From positions 32,054,001-32,118,000 of the forward strand of contig NC_043005.1 of NCBI RefSeq assembly GCF_006345805.1: 64,000 nucleotides of DNA, in the 5' to 3' direction. This stretch comes from Octopus sinensis (lineage: Eukaryota). The stretch's first letter is position 1, and every line of letters starts with the position of its first letter. Of the stretch, positions 48,850-61,610 are shown piece after piece. Under the pieces are notes generated by a model. The model saw only the letters and a program-made list of their open reading frames with translations. It was not told the origin of the DNA and searched no databases. The position numbers were made by a program, and so were the translations under genes.

Positions 48850-49400
48850 ATGGGCTAAGAGAAAAACTGAACAGGAGTGAAGTGTGTGTTGGTATATCAA
48901 TGTGATTTGTATGGAGGAGGACAGTATGCAGTGATGGGCCATACACTGAAAATAAATGGAGCTTGTGTAAGAGGGAGACCAAGACCAACTTTAGATGAAG
49001 TAGTGAAGATGGATCTAAAACTTGTGCTTTGCTTAAGGAGGACACATTCATCTATCCAGATCATTAGGTTATTTACATCAAAGAACTCCAGTAGCCTTGT
49101 TCTTTCCTTATTACAGTAACCAACTCCATGGCCACCTTGCACATATGAAAGCTACCTAGATGTTGCCCAACATGTCCCGAAGTCACCAGCCACAAAAATA
49201 AGGTCACAGTCATTTGTTTTTAAGGTAGTCTGCAAAAGAGTATAATAAAATCGATCCTTTTGTTCGTGTGGCAGACCTGGTTGAGGGAGCATGGGTAGAA
49301 ATAATTGTTGCTCTACTACTTAGCAAAACTAGTCGAAGCTTAAGTATTTTGTCACACTCTCTGACTATCTCAGTTAACTTGTATTGTAATAATGGGTGTG
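48850..49400. mobile_element. Two abutting RTE fragments in opposite orientation (+ ORF end 48850-49040; - APE 49045-49400)
   Basis: RGRPRPTLDEVVKMDL on +; VRECDKILKLRLVL and GYCNKERTRLLEFFDVNNLMI on -. Confidence 0.75.
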
Positions 49401-50029
49401 AGAGACTATGACTAAGGGAGTTTCTGGTGTAGGGGATGAGAATGGGTGGGTGCAATACAAGCAGGTGAAGGGTTCCAACAACATTAGGAGAATATGAACA
49501 GGTTTATAATGAGTTGGAAGCAGATTGAAACAAGTTTTATCTAAACTTAATGTTAGCTCAAAGACCATACAGGATTCATTAAGTTTAAATATTAGGTAAT
49601 GCAGGTCTCTGAATGGGTTACCAAGTTACAGTCACCTGCATCACAATAATTCTCTTATTAAAAAGGTAAATGTTTTTGCTTTTGCTGACAACTTTCCCAA
49701 ATTAAATAATTTACTAGTTCTTCTATAATAAATATATACACTTGTCCCAACAACTTTTGAATGTCTTTACAATCACAACTGAAAAGTATAGAGAAAATAA
49801 TGTTGGTCCAAGAATATCTCATTGCTTCACCCCATTTTCCACTTTAAAAGATGCTGAAAAACATTCTTTCAACATTAACAAATGCAGTCATGCTATCATA
49901 AAAAGATTTTATGTTCATTAAATGTAATGGGCAGCCAAGCTTACATCCACTTCCACCTACATACCCATAATGCCTGCCTAGTCACTGTCAAAAGCCTTTG
50001 TGAAATCAAGAGACCTGAACTAAATCCAA

Positions 50030-50665
50030 TTCAAACAACTGTGCTACATGATAGTGAGTCATGGGCTGAGAATATTGTGGATATGCAATGGCTTGAAAGA
50101 AATGAAACCAGGCAGTGAGACATGAGCTGTGACTACTGAAGATATGCAAAAACTTGAAAGAAATGAAGTATGCTCTGCTGAATGGGTAATGTCAGTGTGC
50201 ATATATAATAGTGTAAGTGAGAAGAACTGGGTATACAAGGCATCAGATGTGTGAAAGAGAGAAGACTGCATTTGTACAGTCATGTAATTGTGGAGGGAAT
50301 ATAGAAGGGGTCGACCTGGAACAAAGTGGTGAGAAAGGATGTTCAGATATTGGGTTTCACAGAGGGGATGATGGGACTGAGACTCCTGGCAGTTTAATGT
50401 GCTTGAGAAGGCATCAACCTAAGTAAGGGTGTGGTTGTCCTTGCATCCCTCTCCAGCTGAGCGTTTTTAATCTTGAGGACTCGTGGGTGCTGGTGCCATG
50501 TAAATGCACCCCTGCCAGTGCTGCATAAAAGTATCCAGTACACTCTGTAAAGTGGTTGGCATTCAGCTGTAGAAACCATGTCAAAACTAACATGGAGCCT
50601 GGTCAGTTCCTGTCAAACCATCCAACCCATGCCAGCATGGAAGACATGTTAAATGATGCTGATGA
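50030..50665 (+). mobile_element. 5'-truncated RTE with 3'UTR and tail
   Basis: VLHDSESWA..LERNE; standard tail ending gttaaatgatgctgatgatg. Confidence 0.8.
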
Positions 50666-50669
50666 TGTC

Positions 50670-51500
50670 TTGCACCTGACATGCAGGAAAGATCATATCC
50701 ATGATGCCCCTATTTGATCTAAAGCAACATTGAGATTCTTGGAGAACATTCACTGAAATCTTGTTTAATCTGTCAAAGAATATCCATATCTTGTGCACCT
50801 TTTTCCTTACAAATGGGGATTATAATACCATCACGCCAGGCTTTTGGTACTGTTCCTATCTTCTGTACATCACAAATTATTTTACACATCAATTTTGCCA
50901 TTCGGTAACCTCCGTACCAGAAAATGTCTAATTCCATTTATTCCTGGTGTTTTTCCAAGATTAGGTCTATTAATCAAGATTTGAACCTCTTCAATTGAAG
51001 GAATATTGTTAAATTTATAAATGACTGGCATTTGCTGAAGATTGGAAATGTTATCCTTGACATTAGAATTTTAAGTAAAAAAAAAAAAAAAAATTAGAAA
51101 AGTTTTCCTTCCATCATTTTACAATAACATCCATTGATGTAGTCTTTCCTCATTGCTTGCATGTAGAGGTGTAATTCTTGCCACTTCAGGACCATATCTT
51201 CCTTTTATGAGAGCATAAAACTTTTTAGCATCATGGCAATCAGCAGCCGATTGAATATCTTTTCACAAATCCCTCCAATTTTCTTTCATACTTCTTATTG
51301 CTCTCTGTATCTCAGCTATTACTCATATTAGCTCATTTTGTTTCTTTTTGCATATAATAGAGGATAAATTATACTGAAGGAGTGATTTTCTGAGTACAGA
51401 CTTTGCTCAAATAGCAGGAGTTCTCTATTATTTTCATCAAACCAATCCTGATTATCTGCTGTTTGAAAACCAAGGAATTCAGAAGAGATATATAACTTGT
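50670..51500 (-). mobile_element. RTE (BovB-like) linker/RT fragment; related APE piece at 51916-51975
   Basis: PSIEEV, GKTPGINGI, WRDGIIIPI, LQESQCCFRSNRG..DMIF; LGDFIARVG at 51916-51975. Confidence 0.8.
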
Positions 51501-52060
51501 AGTTTATCCCATAAAGATGAATCCTGAATTGATGAAAGGTTCCTCGAAACTTTCTGCATATCAGTATTTAAGCTTTCCTACATTAACGTGTTTTGGTAGG
51601 GTTTTATTGTAAGACTATCTGCCTTTAAGATATTTTGTCATGTTAGTGTTTTTTTTTTTTTGTTTTTTTTTTGCTCTAACAAGTGCATGATCTTAATAAT
51701 AGTCCCCCCTCTTTAAGGAATGCACATTAAGTACATCTTTTAGATCTCTTTACCTAACAATTACAAAATTTACTAGATGCCACTGTTTGAATCACAGATG
51801 CATCCATGTGATGTGACATTCTTTATGTTTAAACTGGGTACTTGATATAATTAAGTCCACCTCTATGCAAAGTTGGAGTAACAAACCATTACTATTCATT
51901 TTCCCAACCCCATACCTTCCAAGACATCTCTGTGTTCCAGTCAGTTCCAACTCTAGCAATAAAGTCACCAAGCAAAATTGTTTATACTATACAAACACTC
52001 TTATAAAGCTTTATAGAATTCAAGATTTACTTCTTCACTGCTGTCTAGAGTTAGTGCATA

Positions 52061-52966
52061 CACGGGGTGTTCATTAAAGATTCCCCTTGACTTCTGGTTA
52101 TTGCAGGAAACAGATCTTGTACAGGTATCATACATGTCACATTGTAAATTGCAGCTTTCCACTGGGAGTCATTTGTCTTTTACAGCTGTTGTAGTGGACC
52201 AAGGTGTTATAATGGAAGCAGTTGAATGCCAATCAATGATCAGGTTCTTAAACTTGAAAGGTCATACACCAAAAGAGACTTTTGATGAGATTAAAGAAAG
52301 TTATAGTGACAATGCACCATCATACAACATAGGCAAGCACTGGTGTCACCAATTCAGATGTGGTCAGACATCAGTGGAAACTGCTCCTATTCCTGGATGA
52401 CCACATTCAACCATTCATGATGACACCATACATAAAGTGGAAGCTACCATTTCAGAGGATCGTCATATAACTATTCAGCAACTAGCCCAAGAAGTGAAGA
52501 TAAATGTAGGGTCCATGGAAAAAATCATTCATGACCCCACCAGATGCTCACACTTTTTCAGAAGGAGGAAAGAGTCAATTGCTCCCAAGCTTTTTTGGCA
52601 ATGAGTGAAGAAATTGAGAACTTTTTCAGCTGACTTACCACACAGGATAAGACATGGGTCCATCACTATGATCCAGAGACTCGTGTCCAGTTGAAGCAAT
52701 GGAAACCTGATAACACACCACCTCCAAAAAAGTGAAGAGGAAGCATTTTTTGGATGATGATGAATTTATTTCCAAGGTAAAGACTTGGCTCTAGATGCAA
52801 CCTGCCAACTGCTACAGACAAGATCTTCACAGCTGCGTAAAGCAAAGGAAGAAGTGTATCACCATTGGTGGTGGCTATCTAGAAAATGACTAATGATTAT
52901 GCAAAGTTTCATTTATTCCAGTCCTTAAGAAATGGGTCAAGGGAAATCTTTCATGAACACCCCTTG
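52061..52966 (+). mobile_element. Internally deleted mariner
   Basis: TA-flanked TIRs cacggggtgttcattaaagattcccc / gggaaatctttcatgaacacccct; IRFLNLKG..KETFDEIK HTH, TWVHHYDPE. Confidence 0.9.
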
Positions 52967-53833
52967 TATGTACTTGTACAAGTTGCTCAACTTTGACACT
53001 ATCTCATTTTTTAATGGCAAATCCTACACTTGCTTCCATATGTTGTCCTCCTTTCCCTTCTAGAATACCTTGTACCTAGTAGTAACTTAAGCAGCTTTCT
53101 AAGTGCTGCAATATCTACAGAATTTTTTTCATAGTTCTTTAGCAAGAATGACAGTTTTATGCTGAGGATAAACTCTTGCATTATCAGCTAACATGCAAAC
53201 ATTCCTACAAGAAATCTTAAGGCCCATTGGTTGGCATTACTAAATTCTATTGTTTCAGTGCTATATGCACACCTGCCAGCTGTGCTAAACTGACCAGATT
53301 TTCATGAGGTAAGCAACTTTTCTTAAACGCTTCCAAATACTTTGGTGGGCAATGCTGTCCCTAAAAAAGGGGTTGTTCAGATACCAAACAGAGAAACCAA
53401 ATTTCACCATTACCTTCAGTTGCTGAGGAAATGAATTTACATCTACCAAAAGGCCAGCTGTGTACGAGTTGGTGACTTGGTACCTCCAACCCAAGAGGTC
53501 TAGCCCTAACGCCACAGCTCTTGTGACACCATAACACAAAAGGACATGCAAAATTACAAAAGAGCATAGAAGGAAAGTAAGACGTCGCAATGAAGATAAG
53601 TGTTAACAATAATGTTAGAAAGGCCTGTGCAGAAAGTAAGTCATGTGCAATTTGTACTGCATTGCTAAAACACTTTATAATGATGCTGAGTGCTCCAAAG
53701 ACAAGCAAGAATATACAATACATAAAAGTATATATAATGAGATGAAAAAATAAAAAGTTTATATATGTGTGTGTGTATATCCCATCCATGCTAGTATAGA
53801 ATATGAGGGGTTTGGTTCACTTGTGGTCTAAAC

Positions 53834-54260
53834 CAGTGGTTCTCAACCTTTTTCAGCTCAGGGACCATTTATCTTCACACTAAGATACTTAATGAAAAGG
53901 CAAAATAGTCTATTTACACTTTAAACTTTATTTTAGCAAACTAAAGATAAACACAAGATATCAAAATCATTTTTCATAAAGTCGTCATTTTTAGTCCATT
54001 CAGCTGGTGACTAGCTTGATATTGGTGTTTCTGACACAAGATATCATAATCAATTTTAATGAACTCATTTAGTTTTAGTCTGATTGTTTCGCTACTGTTG
54101 ACATCTAATTTATTTCTTTTTCCACTTAAAATATCTACAACAGCTGAAAATGTGAATTCCACCATCCATGTGGTAAGGAAAGAAATGATGCTTGTCAAAA
54201 AATATTCCTTTATTGATTATATATTATACATTATTGATCATTCGTTAGTGTTGAGAAGAG
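53834..54260 (-). mobile_element. hAT-Charlie 3' fragment
   Basis: gtctaaac|CAGTGGTTCTCAACC terminus; FLTTWMVEFTFSAVVDIL..KRNKLDV..RLKL..QASH dimerisation domain. Confidence 0.82.
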
Positions 54261-54424
54261 ATTACTTTACGGATTGAAAGTTACCTACTCACTGACTAGT
54301 AGGGCTTACAATTAGTTTCATTTTATTACTGCTGCTTTCTGTCTCCTTTTCAGGGAAACATGAGTGTCACTTTCTCTATTTTGATTCTACGAATTTAGTC
54401 CTTTCACCTTTCCTAGAATTTTTG

Positions 54425-54635
54425 ATAAAGTGCATTCCACGAAAGCTTGTCTATATGTGTGTGTGTTAGCGCCCCCCCCCCCATCACTTGAAACCAATCT
54501 TGGTGTGTTTATGTTCCCATAACTTAGAGGTTCGGCAAAAGAGCCCAATAGAATAGGTACTAGGCTTACAAAGAATAAGTCCTGGGGCGATTTGTTTGAC
54601 TAAGGGTGATGCTCCAGCATGACTAAAACAAGTGA
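54425..54635. mobile_element. SINE central domain
   Basis: ttcggcaaaagag..atagaataggtactaggcttacaaagaataagtcctgggg. Confidence 0.7.
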
Positions 54636-54987
54636 AAGAATATACATATGTATATATATACACACATATATATGTATGTATATATAGAGAGAGAACAAAG
54701 TGTACGTACACCACTATATATATATATATATATAAAATAAAATACAAAATGGGACAAGAACACAAAACATCTGGACAACACCTAGTGGCATACGTACACT
54801 TTGTTCTCTTATATGTAAGTACACATTTCACTAAATTTTGTATGACTTTTCAACCTTTTCATGCTTCGTTCTTGCTTTCTCCCCACCTCTCTCTCACGTT
54901 TCTTTGCCTTTCTTACTCACTTTTCACTTCACTATGTCCCTGACTCTCTTTTTTCTTGCCACTCCTTTATTCTTCCGTCTATCTACT

Positions 54988-55126
<139 letters not shown>

Positions 55127-55199
55127 TAATTCCTTTGTTCCTCTTTTTCTCTCTCTTCTCTTCTCACGTGACCGATTGGCCAACTGCTAGCCCTTTTGC

Positions 55200-57345
55200 G
55201 TCTGTACATGGATTGCTTTGAGTTCTGCTATTAACCTTATATTGTGTGGTGACCATAGCTGGGAGCAGTAGTCCAAGTGGCTGAGGATGAATGTTTTCCA
55301 AAGGACCATCAGTGTCTCCTCTCTTGTTCTGAAAGTTCGGAGAATCCATCCAGCTAGCCGTCTGCATTTTATTACCAAACTGGTAATATGCACTTGGAAA
55401 GATGCATCATTGCTCATGTCAATGCCCAGGTCATGCACAGATTTTGACTCAGGAATTACAACTCTTCCCGGCCAGTGTATCCGGTCTGCATGTCATTTAC
55501 CTTTGTGTGCCGGTAGCGCAGGGCCTGAAACTTCCCTGCATTAAACTGCATGTTGTTGTCCTCAGCCCACCTGTATATTGTATCCAACTCCCATTGCAGA
55601 TGTGCAATATTTCCAGGGTTTTGTATTGTGTGGAAGACTTTTGTGTCATCTGCATAGCTAGCAAGGGTGGTCATCTTAGCAACTGAGGGCATGCCTGAAA
55701 GGGCCACTATGAACAGCAGTGGCCCCAAGACAGTGCCCTATGGAACACCGCGTGTTATTTGTGTTTCCTTGGAGGTGGCTCCATTGGCCACAACTGCCTG
55801 CCTTCTGTCTTTTAGGAAGTTGTGCAGCCACTCTCCAAGTTTTCTGCCTATGCCTAGATCATGCAGTTTGTGACAGATAATACCATGGTCGACTTTATCA
55901 AAGGCTTTTGCAAAGTTGAGATATATCACATCTACATTTGAGCTGTTTTAACACTCAGTCATAGTGTTGCAGGAGCTGTGTTAGATAGCTTCTACCTGGT
56001 TGAAATCCATGCTGGGTGTCAGCAAGTCATTTTCTTCAAGGAACATGATTAGTTTCTTGTGGACTATTCGTTCCATGACTTTGCTAATATGTGAGGTCAG
56101 AGAGATAGGCCTACAATTTTTAGCATCTGCTCTGCTTCCTCCCTTATGGATAGGGCATATTACCCATTCTTTCAATTTGACTGGGAGCTTACCACTTGCA
56201 AGAAAGCTCTGAAAAAGAAGCTGTAGCAGTTTTGCAAGGGCTCATTTGCATGATTTGAGAAGGATCGCTGGAAATCCATCAGGTCCAGCAGCTGAGTTTG
56301 TGTCAATCTCATCTATGGCCAGTGTGATATCATCATCTTCAATGTTGATGTACTCAATTTTTGCCTCATTGGCTACAGGTAAAGTGGCGAAGAATTCTTC
56401 TGGTTTGTTTACTTGCCTGTGTCCAAGAGGTGTAGTGAACACACTTTGGAACTGTTCGTTCAGTATTTCACTTATCCTCGTGGGATTTCCTGTGAGGGAG
56501 CCATCTTTTTGGAAGAGAGGTCCTATCCTCTGGTGCACTGTGGCTGTCTCTTTGGCAAACTTTAAGAAAGCTTTAGGGTTTGACTTGATATTTTCTATTA
56601 CCCAAGCTTCTTTATCTGCTCTCTCCTTTTCATGAGACTGATGCAGACTTTTCTCAATTTCCATAAGCATTCTCTTGAGGCGAAACTTCTCGACACTCTT
56701 CGTGTGCTTGCTCAGGCGGTTCGCAATCCTTGTCCATTGTCTCATAAGAATCTTCCTTTCCCTAGGGATCCTGTTTTTGTGTGTGCTGGCCCTGCACACT
56801 GAGACATATTTGTCACATATGGCTTGTATTATGGACATGTTTGTGTTTCATGCCAATGTCTGGTGTGGAAAGACATTTAGGCCAATCCTGTTTGGGGATC
56901 TATTTCTCAATCAACTTCCAATTTGCTTTATGAAAGTTTAGTTTGGAGAGATTGTGGATGCTTCGTATAGGCTGTGTGTCTGCAGGAGCTTTTGGTCCAT
57001 ACATAGACAGCTCTATTATGTTGTGATCCGAGACCAATGTCGGCATCACTTTAACATTATGGATAATATCTATATTGTTTGTAAAGCAGAGATCCAGTAT
57101 ATTATTTGCCCTGGTTGGTTGCAGCACTATTTGCTCCATGAAAGAGGCATTTGTGAGATGGAGCAGGGACTCTGCCTGTGCTTGCTGATGGTGTGTCATC
57201 CCTGGGAGCATCTGCCTGCCAGGCCATTCCACATTGGGGAAGTTAAGGCCACCCATGAAGAATACACTGTTGTGTTGTTCCAGTTTGGTGAGAGCTTCTA
57301 TTTTTGTTAGGCAGTCTTCTGTCTGAATGCTGTCTGAACAGGTGT
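55200..57345 (-). mobile_element. CR1-like LINE (APE C-terminal half + RT)
   Basis: GGLNFPNVEW, PTRANNILDLCFTN, SDHNIIE, YLNFAKAFDKVDHG, GPLLFI, YADDTK, HLDYCSQLWSP. Confidence 0.92.
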
Positions 57346-57379
57346 CTTGTGTACCACGTATCAGATGCTGAAATAATTG

Positions 57380-57497
57380 CAGGGCAACAGGAAATTACAT
57401 GTTTTGCTCAAGAACAAATGTACTACCTGGTCTAGGAATTGAAATCACAATCTAGTGATCACGAATGCAACACTCTAACCACTAGGCCATGCACCCT
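57380..57497 (-). mobile_element. tRNA-derived SINE head
   Basis: gctcaagaac..aggaattgaa..ctctaaccactaggcc. Confidence 0.7.
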
Positions 57498-58689
57498 CAC
57501 TAATAACAACAACAACAATAATGATAAGCTTATGCTCAGATGCACTGTTAAAAGAACAACTACAAACATTTTTCTTTTTTGATAATTTAGTTGCTGTAGA
57601 AAGTCATTAAAATTCATCAGCATAATGACCTATTAATTAGACAGAAAAATGAGATTCAATCAAGAGTTATTGTGGAAGTGGTGGAATTCATGCTTTCAGC
57701 TGATGAAACTGTTTTTAGATTTCTTTTAATATGGAGTTAAAGTTTCATTACAGCTCCAGCTGGTCTCTCACATTGTTGTATTACACAACAGAGAACAATG
57801 ACAACTGAAAGTAATGTTAAATTATAACTAAATCATGGACCTTTCCCTTGCTCTTCCTCCTCTACCACCATTATTAACACAAAACAGAAGAACTATGCTC
57901 CACCATCAAAACATTACCCTTTATAACACCAGTCTTGTCATAAATATTCCAGCTATTGCCCATTCAAATTCATATATTTCTCCTGCCTAGTGAAAGTAAA
58001 GAGCGAACATTCCTTCTGCCTGGCCTACATAAAATGATAAAGCAAACCCTTTACTGAACCTTTCACACCCCAGAAATACACTACTTACTTGTGTTCCAAC
58101 CACTAACCTGGGCAACTTAACGTGAACAACATTAAATGCACTAACCACACCTATTCTATAGACAAATAGACTCAAGTCTATAGCAAGTCTACAAGCATAT
58201 AGACTGAAGTCTATAGCCCCTCTCTTCTTTCATGCTTTCCCTCATCTCAACACTAAAAAGTTGACAGGACAAAAAAATTTAAAAAATTGATAAGTGTTTA
58301 AACATTCAATAAAAATGTTATTTTGATGGTAAAACTATCTTAAAATTCTTTCCACTATCAATTATACTTCTCCAGCTTGCTATATTGTCTCAAAACTAGC
58401 ATCAAGTTGAACAAGTATGAACCACATTTATATTGATTAGTCACCTATGTTGCGTTGCAGTATTATTCTATCAGTGAAGGCCAACCTTCTCAGTAAGAAT
58501 CAATTTAATAACAATAACACTTAGATCTGTTTTGTAGACCTCTCCCTAAAGTTTGGTACAGCTTACAAATAACTCATCTGGCCACCAATCCATGAAGAAA
58601 CAATTCCCATTGAGAGTGGGGAGGCGGGAGAGAAACACTTTTCTTGGTTAAACTGGTTACTTTCCACTATCACCTCATTATTCATTTTT

Positions 58690-58724
<35 letters not shown>

Positions 58725-58726
<2 letters not shown>

Positions 58727-59990
58727 GTCAAACAAACATGGAAACAAAACCAAAGAAAAGTAAGCAGGAGTTGAAAGTTGCCTGTTGGAATGTCAGGACC
58801 ATGCTTGACAAGGCTGACAGCAGCCACCCGGAACGTTGTTCGGCTCTCATAGCCCATGAATTCTCCCGTCTCAACATTGACATAGCAGCTCTCAGTGAGG
58901 TCCGCTTCGCTGACGAGGGCAGCCTCAAAGAATGCAGCGCTGGCTACACCCTCTTCTGGTCCAGGAAACCATCATCTGAAAAACGAGTGTTGGGTGTAGG
59001 ACTCATGGTGAGGAATTCCATCACCCCAAACTGGAAACATTATCCACAGGCCACTCGAACCGCATCATATCCATGCGCCTACCGCTGGAGAGCAAACATC
59101 TCACGCTCTTCAGTGTTTATGCTCCAACTCTACTGGCAGATCCTGCGGACAAAGACAGCTATTCTGATCTGTGCAGACTCTTGAACAACACCCTTGCAAA
59201 CGACAAGGTCCTGATCCTTGGTGACTTCAACGCACGAGTTGGGAGGGACTCTGAGGCTTGAAAAGGAGTCCTTGGAAGACACAGCATTGGTGGCTGTAAT
59301 GACAACAGGCACCTTCTGCTCGAATTCTGCAGAGAGCACCAACTTGCTATTACCAACACAATCTTCCAACAGAAAGACCATCTGAAAACAACTTGGATGC
59401 ATCCCCGGTCCAAACATTGGCATCTACTTGACTATGTGCTTGTGCGCCAGCAGGACCTGAAAGATGTTCTACACACAAGAGTGATGCCCAGTGCAGAGTG
59501 CCACACCGACTATCACCTTGTCCGCTGCAAACTCAAACTGCAGTTCAAACCCAAACCCAAGAAGAAAGGTAACCCCGTAAAGAAACTCAATGTTGACAGC
59601 TTGTGCCAGGAGGAAGTTTGGCGAACTCTCCACCGGCCACCATGTGAGAGGAGCTCTGAGGAAGCACTACAAAGACTGCCTCAAGAAGTCTCTAACAGTA
59701 TGTCATATTGACTACCAATGCTGGTCAAACCTGGGTGTGGACCGTGATGTCTGGCGCCATACGAACTTCAACGCAGTCAGCGAGTTTGAGGAACAAAGAA
59801 GAGACACACTTAAAGACAAGAGACGCAGGAGGAAGGTGTGAGCTGCCTCTGACACCACACCGGATGTTACCTTCGTCTGTGGACATTGCTCACGGACCTG
59901 CCTTTCCCATATCAGACTTGTTAGTCAATGAGCGTGCATGCACACGACTTGGACAGCCTTCCTGATCTTTGTTCGCGAAGCCGAGCCATG
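58725..59990 (+). mobile_element. RTE (BovB-like) element with APE and C-terminus but no RT domain
   Basis: VACWNVRTM, IDIAALSEVR, ILGDFNARVG, TWMHPRSKHWHLLDY, then a jump at ~59616 to FGEL..RKHYKDCLK and the C-terminal Cys/His motif; (TTA)n tail. Confidence 0.9.
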
Positions 59991-60009
59991 ATATATTATT
60001 ATTATTATT

Positions 60010-60665
60010 ATTATGTATAGTATTACTTGACTCATTGGAAGGTGATTCCCAGCAAGCACTGAATGAATTTGCTGCTGAGTGTTGCAAGGTAGGAATTAGT
60101 ATTGTAAAGACTGACACATTGGTCTTCTCAATACACTCTGCATGTTAGTGGCAAATCACAGGCATATGAAGAAGTTTAAGTATCTCAGGGTTGTATTCAT
60201 GAGTGATAGGAAGCAGAAGGCTGAATTGGATGCTAGAATTGCAGGTGCTGGCACAGTAATACACCAGTCCCAGAATTTGATCCTCAGAACAGAAGAGGTT
60301 GGTAAAAAAACCAAACTCACAATTTTCAATTCAGTTTTTACACCTATCTTCACCTATGGTCGTGAATGTTAGATACTGACTGAAAGAGTATGATCGTGAA
60401 TACAAGTAGCTGAAATGGGGGTCCTCTGAAGGATCTCTGTAGTAATATTACTGAACAAGGTATACAGCTTGGAGATCAAGGAATCTCTCCAGACTGAGCT
60501 GCTACTTCTCTGCATTGAGAGGCCACAGTTGTGGTTATATGGATATGTGATAAGAATGTCACAGGAAAGAATCACACAAGACAGGTTTTTTTCAAGCCAA
60601 GTCAACCAGCAGGAGGCCTGCAGGCAGACTAAGAAGAAAATGGTTGGATAATATCCATAGTCTTT
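60010..60665 (+). mobile_element. Second RTE-family RT C-terminal fragment
   Basis: KFKYLRVVF..SDRK...ELDARI; FTPIFTYGREC; RPQLWLYGYVIRM. Confidence 0.82.
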
Positions 60666-60689
60666 CACTCACATCTAAATAATCTACAT

Positions 60690-61610
60690 ACATCAATAAA
60701 ATTCACTATGCAATGGCACACAAGAAATTACTATTTTTGGACAAACTTATAATTAAAGAGGATAACACCATTAAAACATCTTTTCTATAAACTAAAAACA
60801 CAAACCAATACTTGAACTTTTGTTCCTCCCATCCCTTGCATACTAAAAGAAATATATCTTTTAATATGACAAAATGAATGTGCACTATAGTAAATAGATG
60901 CAGAATTAAAGTATAAAAAATAACAAGAATTAAGCATATTCATAGAAAAACAAAAATATCCCACTAGACTAATTGACTGAGCTATTATAAAAGTGAAAAG
61001 TATCCCAACTACAGAACTCAGAGGAAAACAAACACATAAAAATAGAAATGAGCTCCTAAGCTTTCCTTTTGTCACCACCCACAACCCAAGAAATCATGAC
61101 ATTGTCAATACTGCTAAAAGATATCTCCCAATTCTTTAACAATCATCACAAATGAACAAACTAATGACAGAATCAGAAAAAATACATTGCAGATGCCAAG
61201 CACCCAACCTAAAAAAGCTCTTAACTAAAGAAAGATTTACAAGAGAAGCAACAAAGAGAGTTCAAAAATGTGGTGACCCTCATTGTTGAACATGTGATTA
61301 CATTGAAGGAGAGCAAATTACATTTTAAAAATGTGAATTGACCTGATTCACTGTGCCACATGCCCTGAATGCAAAGAATACTACATTGGGGAAATGGGTA
61401 TTGGATTATATGAAAGAGTAAGGGTACATAAACAACAAATCCATGATACCTCTGTTAAAAACAACTTGCAGTGAACATTTTGAGAAATGTGGCAAAAGAA
61501 AATTCAAAATATTCCCCATCTTTAAAATAGGGACAGAAAATGAATATTTTTGTAAAGCAAAAGTAGAATACTTTATTAGTAAATGCACACCAAAACTAAA
61601 CCAAAAATAA
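60690..61610 (+). mobile_element. Penelope-like element fragment (RT thumb, linker, GIY-YIG endonuclease)
   Basis: TNQYLNF, FPFVTTHNPRN, APNLKKLL, KCGDPHC..C, CPECKEYYIGE, HKQQI, KLN*. Confidence 0.85.

Noticed and set aside
51916-51986. Minus-strand exon candidate with good AG and GTATG sites
   Set aside because: Another frame reads LGDFIARVG, an RTE endonuclease motif; part of the adjacent RTE remnant
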